Translations under genes and position numbers: made by a program
DNA from: Eledone cirrhosa
Lineage: Eukaryota
NCBI GenBank assembly: GCA_964016885.1
Contig: OZ024743.1
Location: 98,580,001-98,644,000 of the forward strand
Length of the DNA stretch: 64,000 nucleotides
Direction of reading: 5' to 3'
Shown: positions 31,901-46,900 of the stretch, one piece after another
Numbering within the stretch: position 1 is the first letter of the stretch
How the letters are laid out: each line of letters begins with the position of its first letter
The notes under the pieces: model-generated
What the model was told of the DNA's origin: nothing
What the model saw: only the letters and a program-made list of their open reading frames with translations
The model's database searches: none

Positions 31901-34900
31901 GAGGTGAGAGTGTTCCAGGGAGTAACATCATACAGTGTCTTGAGGTGAGAGTGTTCCAGGGAGTAACATCATACAGTGTCTTGAGGTGAGAGTGTTTCAA
32001 GGAGTAACATACATTGTCTTGAGCTGAGAGTGTTCCAGGGAGTAACATCATACAGTGTCTTGGGCTGAGAGTGTTCCAGGGAGTAACATCATACAGTGTC
32101 TTGAGGTGAGAGTGTTTCAAGGAGTAACATACAGTGTCTTGAGCTGAGAGTGTTCCAGGGAGTAACATCATACAGTGTCTTGAGCTGAGAGTGTTCCAGG
32201 GAGTAACATCATACAGTGTCTTGAGGTGAGAGTGTTCCAGGGAGTAACATCATACAGTGTCTTGAGCTGAGAGTGTTCCAGGGAGTAACATCATACAGTG
32301 TCTTGAGGTGAGAGTGTTCCAGGGAGTAACATCATACTGTGTCTTGAGCTGATAGTGTTCCAAGGAGTAACATCATACAGTGTCTTGAGGTGAGAGTGTT
32401 CCAGGGAGTAACATCATACAGTGTCTTGAGCTGAGAGTGTTCCAAGTAGTAACATCGTACAATGTCTTGAGCTGAGAGTGTTCCAGGGAGTAACATCATA
32501 CAGTGTCTTGATGTGAGAGTGTTCCAAGTAGTAACATCATACAGTGCCTTGAGCTGAGAGTGTTCCAAGGAGTAACATCATACAGTGTCTTGGGCTGAGA
32601 GTGTTCCAAGGGGTAACATCATACAGTGTCTTGATGTGAGAGTGTTCCAAGTAGTAACATCATACAGTGTCTTGAGGTGAGTGTTCCAGGGAGTAACATC
32701 ATGCAGTGTCTTGGGCTGAGAGTGTTCCAAGTAGTAACATCATGCAGTGTCTTGGGCTGAGAGTGTTCCAGGGAGTAACATCATGCAGTGTCTTGAGGTG
32801 AGAGTGTTCCAGGGAGTAACATCATGCAGTGTCTTGGGCTGAGAGTGTTCCAAGTAGTAATATTATACAGTCTCTTGAGTTGAGAGTGTTCTAGGGAGTA
32901 ACATCATACAGTGTCTTGAGCTGAGAGTGTTCCATGGAGTAACATCATACAATGTCTTGAGCTGAGAGTGTTCCATGGAGTAACATCATACAGTGTCTTG
33001 AGCTGAGAGTGTTTCAGGGAGTAACATCATACAGTGTCTTGAGCTGAGAGTGTTCCATGGAGTAACATCATACAGTGTCTTGAGCTGAGAGTGCTCCAGG
33101 GAGTAACATCATACAGTGTCTTGAGGTGAGAGTGTTCCAGGGAGTAACATCATACAGTGTCTTGAGCTGAGAGTGTTCCAAGGAGTGTTACTCCCTGGAA
33201 TGTTTTGAGCTGAGAGTGTTCCAAGGAGTAACATCATACAGTGTCTTGAGGTCAGAGTGTTCCAGGGAGTAACATCATACAGTGTCTTGAGCTGAGAGTG
33301 CTCCAGGGAGTAACATCATACAGTGTCTTGAGGTCAGAGTGTTCCAGGGAGTAACATCATACAGTGTCTTGAGCTGAGAGTGTTCCAAGGAGTGTTACTC
33401 CCTGGAATGTTTTGAGCTGAGAGTGTTCCAAGGAGTAACATCATACAGTGTCATGAGCTGAGAGTGTTCCAGGGAGTAACATCATACAGTGTCTTGAGCT
33501 GAGAGTGTTCCAGGGAGTAACATCAAACTATGTCTTGAGCTGAGAGTGTTCCATGGAGTAACATCATACAATGTTTTGAGCTGAGAGTGTTCCAAGGAGT
33601 AACATCATACAGTGTCTTGAGGTCAGAGTGTTCCAAGGAGTAACATCATACAGTGTCTTGAGCTGAGAGTGTTCCAGGGAGTAACATCATACAGTGTCTT
33701 GAGGTGAGAGTGTTCCAGGGAGTAACATCATACAGTGTCTTGGGCTGAGAGTGTGCCAAGTAGTAACATCATACAGTGTCTTGAGCTGAGAGTGTTCCAA
33801 GGAGTAACATCATACTGTGTCTTGAGCTGAGATTGTTCCAGGGAGTAACATCATACAGTGTCTTGAGGTGAGAGTGTTCCAAGGGGTAACATCATACAGT
33901 GTCTTGGGCTGAGAGTGTTCCAGGGAGTAACATCATACAGTGTCTTGAGGTGAGAGTGTTTCAAGGAGTAACATACAGTGTCTTGAGGTGAGAGTGTTTC
34001 AAGGAGTAACATACAGTGTCTTGAGCTGAGAGTGTTCCAGGGAGTAACATCATACAGTGTCTTGAGGTGAGAGTGTTCCAGGGAGTAACATCATACAGTG
34101 TCTTGAGGTGAGAGTGTTCCAGGGAGTAACATCATACAGTGTCTTGAGCTGAGAGTGTTCCAGGGAGTAACATCATACAGTGTCTTGAGGTGAGAGTGTT
34201 CCAGGGAGTAACATCATACTGTGTCTTGGGCTGAGAGTGTTCCAGGGAGTAACATCATACAGTGTCTTGAGGTGAGAGTGTTTCAAGGAGTAACATATAG
34301 TGTCTTGAGCTGAGAGTGTTCCAGGGAGTAACATCATACAGTGTCTTGAGGTGAGAGTGTTCCAGGGAGTAACATCATACAGTGTCTTGAGGTGAGAGTG
34401 TTCCAGGGAGTAACATCATACAGTGTCTTGAGGTGAGAGTGTTTCAAGGAGTAACATACATTGTCTTGAGCTGAGAGTGTTCCAGGGAGTAACATCATAC
34501 AGTGTCTTGGGCTGAGAGTGTTCCAGGGAGTAACATCATACAGTGTCTTGAGGTGAGAGTGTTTCAAGGAGTAACATACAGTGTCTTGAGCTGAGAGTGT
34601 TCCAGGGAGTAACATCATACAGTGTCTTGAGCTGAGAGTGTTCCAGGGAGTAACATCATACAGTGTCTTGAGGTGAGAGTGTTCCAGGGAGTAACATCAT
34701 ACAGTGTCTTGAGCTGAGAGTGTTCCAGGGAGTAACATCATACAGTGTCTTGAGGTGAGAGTGTTCCAGGGAGTAACATCATACTGTGTCTTGAGCTGAT
34801 AGTGTTCCAAGGAGTAACATCATACAGTGTCTTGAGGTGAGAGTGTTCCAGGGAGTAACATCATACAGTGTCTTGAGCTGAGAGTGTTCCAAGTAGTAAC

Positions 34901-37900
34901 ATCGTACAATGTCTTGAGCTGAGAGTGTTCCAGGGAGTAACATCATACAGTGTCTTGATGTGAGAGTGTTCCAAGTAGTAACATCATACAGTGCCTTGAG
35001 CTGAGAGTGTTCCAAGGAGTAACATCATACAGTGTCTTGGGCTGAGAGTGTTCCAAGGGGTAACATCATACAGTGTCTTGATGTGAGAGTGTTCCAAGTA
35101 GTAACATCATACAGTGTCTTGAGGTGAGTGTTCCAGGGAGTAACATCATGCAGTGTCTTGGGCTGAGAGTGTTCCAAGTAGTAACATCATGCAGTGTCTT
35201 GGGCTGAGAGTGTTCCAGGGAGTAACATCATGCAGTGTCTTGAGGTGAGAGTGTTCCAGGGAGTAACATCATGCAGTGTCTTGGGCTGAGAGTGTTCCAA
35301 GTAGTAATATTATACAGTCTCTTGAGTTGAGAGTGTTCTAGGGAGTAACATCATACAGTGTCTTGAGCTGAGAGTGTTCCATGGAGTAACATCATACAAT
35401 GTCTTGAGCTGAGAGTGTTCCATGGAGTAACATCATACAGTGTCTTGAGCTGAGAGTGTTCCAGGGAGTAACATCATACAGTGTCTTGAGCTGAGAGTGT
35501 TCCATGGAGTAACATCATACAATGTTTTGAGCTGAGAGTGTTCCAAGGAGTAACATCATACAGTGTCTTGAGGTCAGAGTGTTCCAGGGAGTAACATCAT
35601 ACAGTGTCTTGAGCTGAGAGTGTTCCAGGGAGTAACATCATACAGTGTCTTGAGGTCAGAGTGTTCCAGGGAGTAACATCATACAGTGTCTTGAGCTGAG
35701 AGTGTTCCAGGGAGTAACATCATACAGTGTCTTGAGATCAGAGTGTTCCAGGGAGTAACATCATACAGTGTCTTGAGCTGAGAGTGTTCCAAGGAGTGTT
35801 ACTCCCTGGAATGTTTTGAGCTGAGAGTGTTCCAGGGAGTAACATCATACAGTGTCTTGAGCTGAGAGTGTTCCAGGGAGTAACATCATACTGTGTCTTG
35901 AGGTGAAAGTGTTCCAGGGAGTAACATCATACAGTGTCTTGGGCTGAGAGTGTGCCAAGTAGTAACATCATACAGTGTCTTGAGCTGAGAGTGTTCCAAG
36001 GAGTAACATCATACTGTGTCTTGAGCTGAGAGTGTTCCAGGGAGTAACATCATACAGTGTCTTGAGGTGAGAGTGTTTCAAGGAGTAACATACAGTGTCT
36101 TGAGCTGAGAGTGTTCCAGGGAGTAACATCATACAGTGTCTTGGGCTGAGAGTGTTCCAGGGAGTAACATCATACAGTGACTTGAGGTGAGAGTGTTTCA
36201 AGGAGTAACATACAGTGTCTTGAGCTGAGAGTGTTCCAGGGAGTAACATCATACAGTGTCTTGAGCTGAGAGTGTTCCAGGGAGTAACATCATACAGTGT
36301 CTTGAGCTGAGAGTGTTCCAAGTAGTAACATCATACAATGTCTTGAGCTGAGAGTGTTCCAGGGAGTAACATCATACAGTGTCTTGAGGTGAGAGTGTTC
36401 CAGGGAGTAACATCATACTGTGTCTTGGGCTGAGAGTGTTCCAGGGAGTAACATCATACAGTGTCTTGAGGTGAGAGTGTTTCACGGAGGAACATACAGT
36501 GTCTTGAGCTGAGAGTGTTCCAGGGAGTAACATCATACAGTGTCTTGAGCTGAGAGTGTTCCAGGGAGTAACATCATACAGTGTCTTGAGCTGAGAATGT
36601 TCCAAGTAGTAACATCATACAACGTCTTGAGCTGAGAGTGTTCCAGGGAGTAACATCATACAGTGTTTGAGGTGAGAGTGTTCCAAGGAGTAACATCATA
36701 CAGTGTCTTGGGCTGAGAGTGTTCCAAGGAGTAACATCATACAATGTCTTGAGCTGAGAGTGTTCCAGGGAGTAACATCATACAGTGTCTTGGGCTGAGA
36801 GTGTTCCAGGGAGTAACATCATGCAGTGTCTTGAGCTGAGAGTGTTCCAGGGAGTAACATCATACAGTGCCTTGAGCTGAGAGTGTTCCAGGGAGTAACA
36901 TCATACAGTGTCTTGATGTGAGAGTGTTCCAAGTAGTAACATCATACAGTGTCTTGAGGTGAGTGTTCTAGGGAGTAACATCATGCAGTGTCTTGGGCTG
37001 AGAGTGTTCCAAGTAGTAACATCATGCAGTGTCTTGTGCTGAGAGTGTTCCAGGGAGTAACATCATGCAGTGTCTTGGGCTGAGAGTGTTCCAAGGAGTA
37101 ACATCATACAGTGTCTTGAGGTGAGAGTGTTCCAAGGAGTAACATCATACAGTGTCTTGGGCTGAGAGTGTTCCAGGGAGTAACATCATACAGTGTCTTG
37201 AGGTGAGAGTGTTGCAAGGAGTAACATACAGTGTCTTGAGCTGAGAGTGTTCCGGGGAGTAACACCATACAGTGGCTTGAGCTGAGAGTGTTCCAGGGAG
37301 TAATATCATACTGTGTCTTGAGCTGAGAGTGTTCCAAGGAGTAAAATCATACAGTGTCTTGAGGTGAGAGTGTTCCAAGGAGTAACATCATACAGTGTCT
37401 TGAGCTGAGAGTGTTCCAAGGAGTAACATCATACAGTGTCTTAAGGTGAGAGTGTTCCAGGGACTAACATCATACAGTGTCTTGAGGTGAGAGTGTTCCA
37501 AGGAGTAACATCATACAGTGTCTTGGGCTGAGAGTGTTCCAGGGAGTAACATCATACATTGTCTTGGGCTGAGAGTGTTCCAGGGAGTAACATCATGCAG
37601 TGTCTTGATGTGAGAGTGTTCCAAGTAGTAACAGCATACAGTGCTTTGAGCTGAGAGTGTTCCAAGGAGTAACATCATACAGTGTCTTGATGTGAGAGTG
37701 TTCCAAGTAGTAACATCATACAGTGTCTTGAGGTGAGTGTTCCAGGGAGTAACATCATGCAGTGTCTTGGGCTGAGAGTGTTCCAGGGAGTAACATCATA
37801 CTGTGTCTTGAGCTGAGAGTGTTCCAAGGAGTAACATCATACAGTGTCTTGGGCTGAGATGTTCCAGGGAGTAACATCATACAGTGTCTTGAGGTGAGAG

Positions 37901-40900
37901 TGTTTCAAGGAGTAACATACAGTGTCTTGAGCTGAGAGTGTTCCAGGGAGTAACATCATACAGTGTCTTGAGCTGAGAGTGTTCCAGGGAGTAACATCAT
38001 ACAGTGTCTTGAGGTGAGAGTGTTCCAGGGAGTAACATCATACAGTGTCTTGAGCTGAGAGTGTTCCAGGGAGTAACATCATACAGTGTCTTGAGGTGAG
38101 AGTGTTCCAGGGAGTAACATCATACAGTGTCTTGAGGTGAGAGTGTTCCAAGTAGTAACATCATACAGTGTCTTGAGGTGAGTGTTCCAGGGAGTAACAT
38201 CATGCAGTATCTTGGGCTGAGAGTGTTCCAAGTAGTAACATCATGCAGTCTCTTGGGCTGAGAGTGTTCCAGGGAGTTACATCATGCAGTGTCTTGGGCT
38301 GAGAGTGTTCCAAGTAGTAATATTATACAGTCTCTTGAGTTGAGAGTGTTCTAGGGAGTAACATCATACAGTGTCTTGAGCTGAGAGTGTTCCATGGAGT
38401 AACATCATACAATGTCTTGAGCTGAGAGTGTTCCATGGAGTAACATCATACAGTGTCTTGAGCTGAGAGTATTTCAGGGAGTAACATCATACAGTGTCTT
38501 GAGCTGAGAGTGTTCCATGGAGTAACATCATACAATGTTTTGAGCTGAGAGTGTTCCAAGGAGTAACATCATACAGTGTCTTGAGGTCAGAGTGTTCCAG
38601 GGAGTAACATCATACAGTGTCTTGAGCTGAGAGTGTTCCAGGGAGTAACATCATACAGTGTCTTGAGGTCAGAGTGTTCCAGGGAGTAACATCATACAGT
38701 GTCTTGAGCTGAGAGTGTTCCAAGGAGTGTTACTCCCTGGAATGTTTTGAGCTGAGAGTGTTCCAAGGAGTAACATCATACAGTGTCTTGAGCTGAGAGT
38801 GTTCCAGGGAGTAACATCATACAGTGTCTTGAGCTGAGAGTGTTCCAGGGAGTAACATCAAACTATGTCTTGAGCTGAGAGTGTTCCATGGAGTAACATC
38901 ATACAATGTTTTGAGCTGAGAGTGTTCCAAGGAGTAACATCATACAGTGTCTTGAGGTCAGACTGTTCCAAGGAGTAACATCACACAGTGTCTTGAGCTG
39001 AGAGTGTTCCAGGGAGTAACATCAAACTGTGTCTTGAGGTGAAAGTGTTCCAGGGAGTAACATCATACAGTGTCTTGGGCTGAGAGTGTGCCAAGTAGTA
39101 ACATCATACAGTGTCTTGAGCTGAGAGTGTTCCAAGGAGTAACATCATACTGTGTCTTGAGCTGAGAGTGTTCCAGGGAGTAACATCATACAGTGTCTTG
39201 AGGTGAGAGTGTTCCAGGGAGTAACATCATACAGTGTCTTGGGCTGAGAGTGTGCCAAGTAGTAACATCATACAGTGTCTTGAGCTGAGAGTGTTCCAAG
39301 TAGTAACATCATACTGTGTCTTGAGCTGAGAGTGTTCCTGGGAGTAACATCATACAGTGTCTTGAGGTGAGAGTGTTCCAAGGGGTAACATCATACAGTG
39401 TCTTGGGCTGAGAGTGTTCCAGGGAGTAACATCATACAGTGTCTTGAGGTGAGAGTGTTTCAAGGAGTAACATACAGTGTCTTGAGCTGAGAGTGTTCCA
39501 GGGAGTAACATCATACAGTGTCTTGGGCTGAGAGTGTTCCAGGGAGTAACATCATACAGTGTCTTGAGGTGAGAGTGTTTCAAGGAGTAACATACAGTGT
39601 CTTGAGCTGAGAGTGTTCCAGGGTGTAACATCATACAGTGTCTTGAGCTGAGAGTGTTCCAGGGAGTAACATCATACAGTGTCTTGAGGTGAGAGTGTTC
39701 CAGGGAGTAACATCATACAGTGTCTTGAGCTGAGAGTGTTCCAGGGAGTAACATCATACAGTGTCTTGAGGTGAGAGTGTTCCAGGGAGTAACATCATAC
39801 TGTGTCTTGGGCTGAGAGTGTTCCAGGGAGTAACATCATACAGTGTCTTGAGGTGAGAGTGTTTCAAGGAGTAACATACAGTGTCTTGAGCTGAGAGTGT
39901 TCCAGGGAGTAACATCATACAGTGTCTTGAGCTGAGAGTGTTCCAAGGAGTAACATCATAAGTGTCTTGGGCTGAGAGTGTTCCAAGGAGTAACATCATA
40001 CAATGTCTTGAGCTGAGAGTGTTCCAGGGTGTAACATCATAGAGTGCCTTGAGCTGAGAGTGTTCCAGGGAGTAACATCATACAGTGTCTTGATGTGAGA
40101 GTGTTCCAAGTAGTAACATCATACAGTGTCTTGAGGTGAGAGTGTTCCAGGGAGTAACATCATACAGTGTCTTGGGCCGAGAGTGTTCCAAGGAGTAACA
40201 TCATACAATGTCTTGAGCTGAGAGTGTTCCAGGGTGTAACATCATACAGTGTCTTGGGCTGAGAGTGTTCCACGGATTAACATCATGCAGTGTCTTGAGC
40301 TGAGAGTGTTCCAGGGAGTAACATCATACAGTGCCTTGAGCTGAGAGTGTTCCAGGGAGTAACATCATACAGTGTCTTGATGTGAGAGTGTTCCAAGTAG
40401 TAACATCATACAATGTTTTGAGCTGAGAGTGTTCCAAGGAGTAACATCATACAGTGTCTTGAGGTCAGAGTGTTCCAAGGAGTAACATCATACAGTGTCT
40501 TGAGCTGAGAGTGTTCCAGGGAGTAACATCAAACTGTGTCTTGAGGTGAAAGTGTTCCAGGGAGTAACATCATACAGTGTCTTGGGCTGAGAGTGTGCCA
40601 AGTAGTAACATCATACAGTGTCTTGAGCTGAGAGTGTTCCAAGGAGTAACATCATACTGTGTCTTGAGCTGAGAGTGTTCCAGGGAGTAACATCATACAG
40701 TGTCTTGAGGTGAGAGTGTTCCAGGGAGTAACATCATACAGTGTCTTGGGCTGAGAGTGTGCCAAGTAGTAACATCATACAGTGTCTTGAGCTGAGAGTG
40801 TTCCAAGGAGTAACATCATACTGTGTCTTGAGCTGAGAGTGTTCCTGGGAGTAACATCATACAGTGTCTTGAGGTGAGAGTGTTCCAAGGGGTAACATCA

Positions 40901-43900
40901 TACAGTGTCTTGGGCTGAGAGTGTTCCAGGGAGTAACATCATACAGTGTCTTGAGGTGAGAGTGTTTCAAGGAGTAACATACAGTGTCTTGAGCTGAGAG
41001 TGTTCCAGGGAGTAACATCATACAGTGTCTTGGGCTGAGAGTGTTCCAGGGAGTAACATCATACAGTGTCTTGAGGTGAGAGTGTTTCAAGGAGTAACAT
41101 ACAGTGTCTTGAGCTGAGAGTGTTCCAGGGAGTAACATCATACAGTGTCTTGAGCTGAGAGTGTTCCAGGGAGTAACATCATACAGTGTCTTGAGGTGAG
41201 AGTGTTGCAGGGAGTAACATCATACAGTGTCTTGAGCTGAGAGTGTTCCAGGGAGTAACATCATACAGTGTCTTGAGGTGAGAGTGTTCCAGGGAGTAAC
41301 ATCATACTGTGTCTTGGGCTGAGAGTGTTCCAGGGAGTAACATCATACAGTGTCTTGAGGTGAGAGTGTTTCAAGGAGTAACATACAGTGTCTTGAGCTG
41401 AGAGTGTTCCAGGGAGTAACATCATACAGTGTCTTGAGCTGAGAGTGTTCCAAGGAGTAACATCATACAGTGTCTTGGGCTGAGAGTGTTCCAAGGAGTA
41501 ACATCATACAATGTCTTGAGCTGAGAGTGTTCCAGGGTGTAACATCATACAGTGCCTTGAGCTGAGAGTGTTCCAGGGAGTAACATCATACAGTGTCTTG
41601 ATGTGAGAGTGTTCCAAGTAGTAACATCATACAGTGTCTTGAGGTGAGAGTGTTCCAGGGAGTAACATCATACAGTGTCTTGGGCTGAGAGTGTTCCAAG
41701 GAGTAACATCATACAATGTCTTGAGCTGAGAGTGTTCCAGGGTGTAACATCATACAGTGTCTTGGGCTGAGAGTGTTCCACGGATTAACATCATGCAGTG
41801 TCTTGAGCTGAGAGTGTTCCAGGGAGTAACATCATACAGTGCCTTGAGCTGAGAGTGTTCCAGGGAGTAACATCATACAGTGTCTTGATGTGAGAGTGTT
41901 CCAAGTAGTAACATCATACAGTGTCTTGAGGTGAGAGTGTTCCAGGGAGTAACATCATACAGTGTTTTGGGCTGAGAGTGTTCCAAGGAGTAACATCATA
42001 CAATGTCTTGAGCTGAGAGTGTTCCAGGGTGTAACATCATACAGTGTCTTGGGCTGAGAGTGTTCCAGGGAGTAACATCATGCAGTGTCTTGAGCTGAGA
42101 GTGTTCCAGGGAGTAACATCATACAGTGCCTTGAGCTGAGAGTGTTCCAGGGAGTTACTTCATGCAGTGTCTTGGGCTGAGAGTGTTCCAAGTAGTAATA
42201 TTATACAGTCTCTTGAGTTGAGAGTGTTCTAGGGAGTAACATCATACAGTGTCTTGAGCTGAGAGTGTTCCATGGAGTAACATCATACAATGTCTTGAGC
42301 TGAGAGTGTTCCATGGAGTAACATCATACAGTGTCTTGAGCTGAGAGTATTTCAGGGAGTAACATCATACAGTGTCTTGAGCTGAGAGTGTTCCATGGAG
42401 TAACATCATACAATGTTTTGAGCTGAGAGTGTTCCAGGGAGTAACATCATACAGTGTCTTGAGGTGAGAGTGTTTCAAGGAGTAACATACAGTGTCTTGA
42501 GCTGAGAGTGTTCCAGGGAGTAACATCATACAGTGTCTTGGGCTGAGAGTGTTCCAGGGAGTAACATCATACAGTGTCTTGAGCTGAGAGTGTTCCAGGG
42601 AGTAACATCATACAGTGTCTTGAGGTCAGAGTGTTCCAGGGAGTAACATCATACAGTGTCTTGAGCTGAGAGTGTTCCAAGGAGTGTTACTCCCTGGAAT
42701 GTTTTGAGCTGAGAGTGTTCCAAGGAGTAACATCATACAGTGTCTTGAGCTGAGAGTGTTCCAGGGAGTAACATCATACAGTGTCTTGAGCTGAGAGTGT
42801 TCCAGGGAGTAACATCAAACTATGTCTTGAGCTGAGAGTGTTCCATGGAGTAACATCATACAATGTTTTGAGCTGAGAGTGTTCCAAGGAGTAACATCAT
42901 ACAGTGTCTTGAGGTCAGAGTGTTCCAAGGAGTAACATCATACAGTGTCTTGAGCTGAGAGTGTTCCAGGGAGTAACATCAAACTGTGTCTTGAGGTGAA
43001 AGTGTTCCAGGGAGTAACATCATACAGTGTCTTGGGCTGAGAGTGTGCCAAGTAGTAACATCATACAGTGTCTTGAGCTGAGAGTGTTCCAAGGAGTAAC
43101 ATCATACTGTGTCTTGAGCTGAGAGTGTTCCAGGGAGTAACATCATACAGTGTCTTGAGGTGAGAGTGTTCCAGGGAGTAACATCATACAGTGTCTTGGG
43201 CTGAGAGTGTGCCAAGTAGTAACATCATACAGTGTCTTGAGCTGAGAGTGTTCCAAGTAGTAACATCATACTGTGTCTTGAGCTGAGAGTGTTCCTGGGA
43301 GTAACATCATACAGTGTCTTGAGGTGAGAGTGTTCCAAGGGGTAACATCATACAGTGTCTTGGGCTGAGAGTGTTCCAGGAAGTAACATCATACAGTGTC
43401 TTGAGGTGAGAGTGTTTCAAGGAGTAACATACAGTGTCTTGAGCTGAGAGTGTTCCAGGGAGTAACATCATACAGTGTCTTGGGCTGAGAGTGTTCCAGG
43501 GAGTAACATCATACAGTGTCTTGAGGTGAGAGTGTTTCAAGGAGTAACATACAGTGTCTTGAGCTGAGAGTGTTCCAGGGTGTAACATCATACAGTGTCT
43601 TGAGCTGAGAGTGTTCCAGGGAGTAACATCATACAGTGTCTTGAGGTGAGAGTGTTCCAGGGAGTAACATCATACAGTGTCTTGAGCTGAGAGTGTTCCA
43701 GGGAGTAACATCATACAGTGTCTTGAGGTGAGAGTGTTCCAGGGAGTAACATCATACTGTGTCTTGGGCTGAGAGTGTTCCAGGGAGTAACATCATACAG
43801 TGTCTTGAGGTGAGAGTGTTTCAAGGAGTAACATACAGTGTCTTGAGCTGAGAGTGTTCCAGGGAGTAACATCATACAGTGTCTTGAGCTGAGAGTGTTC

Positions 43901-46900
43901 CAAGGAGTAACATCATAAGTGTCTTGGGCTGAGAGTGTTCCAAGGAGTAACATCATACAATGTCTTGAGCTGAGAGTGTTCCAGGGTGTAACATCATACA
44001 GTGCCTTGAGCTGAGAGTGTTCCAGGGAGTAACATCATACAGTGTCTTGATGTGAGAGTGTTCCAAGTAGTAACATCATACAGTGTCTTGAGGTGAGAGT
44101 GTTCCAGGGAGTAACATCATACAGTGTCTTGGGCCGAGAGTGTTCCAAGGAGTAACATCATACAATGTCTTGAGCTGAGAGTGTTCCAGGGTGTAACATC
44201 ATACAGTGTCTTGGGCTGAGAGTGTTCCACGGATTAACATCATGCAGTGTCTTGAGCTGAGAGTGTTCCAGGGAGTAACATCATACAGTGCCTTGAGCTG
44301 AGAGTGTTCCAGGGAGTAACATCATACAGTGTCTTGATGTGAGAGTGTTCCAAGTAGTAACATCATACAATGTTTTGAGCTGAGAGTGTTCCAAGGAGTA
44401 ACATCATACAGTGTCTTGAGGTCAGAGTGTTCCAAGGAGTAACATCATACAGTGTCTTGAGCTGAGAGTGTTCCAGGGAGTAACATCAAACTGTGTCTTG
44501 AGGTGAAAGTGTTCCAGGGAGTAACATCATACAGTGTCTTGGGCTGAGAGTGTGCCAAGTAGTAACATCATACAGTGTCTTGAGCTGAGAGTGTTCCAAG
44601 GAGTAACATCATACTGTGTCTTGAGCTGAGAGTGTTCCAGGGAGTAACATCATACAGTGTCTTGAGGTGAGAGTGTTCCAGGGAGTAACATCATACAGTG
44701 TCTTGGGCTGAGAGTGTGCCAAGTAGTAACATCATACAGTGTCTTGAGCTGAGAGTGTTCCAAGGAGTAACATCATACTGTGTCTTGAGCTGAGAGTGTT
44801 CCTGGGAGTAACATCATACAGTGTCTTGAGGTGAGAGTGTTCCAAGGGGTAACATCATACAGTGTCTTGGGCTGAGAGTGTTCCAGGGAGTAACATCATA
44901 CAGTGTCTTGAGGTGAGAGTGTTTCAAGGAGTAACATACAGTGTCTTGAGCTGAGAGTGTTCCAGGGAGTAACATCATACAGTGTCTTGGGCTGAGAGTG
45001 TTCCAGGGAGTAACATCATACAGTGTCTTGAGGTGAGAGTGTTTCAAGGAGTAACATACAGTGTCTTGAGCTGAGAGTGTTCCAGGGAGTAACATCATAC
45101 AGTGTCTTGAGCTGAGAGTGTTCCAGGGAGTAACATCATACAGTGTCTTGAGGTGAGAGTGTTCCAGGGAGTAACATCATACAGTGTCTTGAGCTGAGAG
45201 TGTTCCAGGGAGTAACATCATACAGTGTCTTGAGGTGAGAGTGTTCCAGGGAGTAACATCATACTGTGTCTTGGGCTGAGAGTGTTCCAGGGAGTAACAT
45301 CATACAGTGTCTTGAGGTGAGAGTGTTTTAAGGAGTAACATACAGTGTCTTGAGCTGAGAGTGTTCCAGGGAGTAACATCATACAGTGTCTTGAGGTGAG
45401 AGTGTTTTAAGGAGTAACATACAGTGTCTTGAGCTGAGAGTGTTCCAGGGAGTAACATCATACAGTGTCTTGAGCTGAGAGTGTTCCAAGGAGTAACATC
45501 ATACAGTGTCTTGGGCTGAGAGTGTTCCAAGGAGTAACATCATACAATGTCTTGAGCTGAGAGTGTTCCAGGGTGTAACATCATACAGTGCCTTGAGCTG
45601 AGAGTGTTCCAGGGAGTAACATCATACAGTGTCTTGATGTGAGAGTGTTCCAAGTAGTAACATCATACAGTGTCTTGAGGTGAGAGTGTTCCAGGGAGTA
45701 ACATCATACAGTGTCTTGGGCTGAGAGTGTTCCAAGGAGTAACATCATACAATGTCTTGAGCTGAGAGTGTTCCAGGGTGTAACATCATACAGTGTCTTG
45801 GGCTGAGAGTGTTCCACGGATTAACATCATGCAGTGTCTTGAGCTGAGAGTGTTCCAGGGAGTAACATCATACAGTGCCTTGAGCTGAGAGTGTTCCAGG
45901 GAGTAACATCATACAGTGTCTTGATGTGAGAGTGTTCCAAGTAGTAACATCATACAGTGTCTTGAGGTGAGAGTGTTCCAGGGAGTAACATCATACAGTG
46001 TTTTGGGCTGAGAGTGTTCCAAGGAGTAACATCATACAATGTCTTGAGCTGAGAGTGTTCCAGGGTGTAACATCATACAGTGTCTTGGGCTGAGAGTGTT
46101 CCAGGGAGTAACATCATGCAGTGTCTTGAGCTGAGAGTGTTCCAGGGAGTAACATCATACAGTGCCTTGAGCTGAGAGTGTTCCAGGGAGTAACATCATA
46201 CAGTGTCTTGATGTGAGAGTGTTCCAAGTAGTAACATCATACAGTGTCTTGAGGTGAGAGTGTTCCAGGGAGTAACATCATACAGTGTCTTGGGCTGAGA
46301 GTGTTCCAAGGAGTAACATCATACAATGTCTTGAGCTGAGAGTGTTCCAGGGTGTAACATCATACAGTGTCTTGGGCTGTGAGTGTTCCAGGGATTAACA
46401 TCATGCAGTGTCTTGAGCTGAGAGTGTTCCAGGGAGTAACATCATACAGTGCCTTGAGCTGAGAGTGTTCCAGGGAGTAACATCATACAGTGTCTTGATG
46501 TGAGAGTGTTCCAAGGAGTAACATCATACTGTGTCTTGAGCTGAGAGTGTTCCAGGGAGTAACATCATACAGTGCCTTGAGGTGAGAGTGTTCCAAGGGG
46601 TAACATACAGTGTCTTGAGCTGAGAGTGTTCCAGGGAGTAACATCATACAGTGTCTTGGGCTGAGAGTGTTCCAGGGAGTAACATCATACAGTGTCTTGA
46701 GGTGAGAGTGTTTCAAGGAGTAACATACAGTGTCTTGAGCTGAGAGTGTTCCAGGGAGTAACATCATACAGTGTCTTGAGCTGAGAGTGTTCCAGGGAGT
46801 AACATCATACAGTGTCTTGAGGTGAGAGTGTTCCAGGGAGTAACATCATACAGTGTCTTGAGCTGAGAGTGTTCCAGGGAGTAACATCATACAGTGTCTT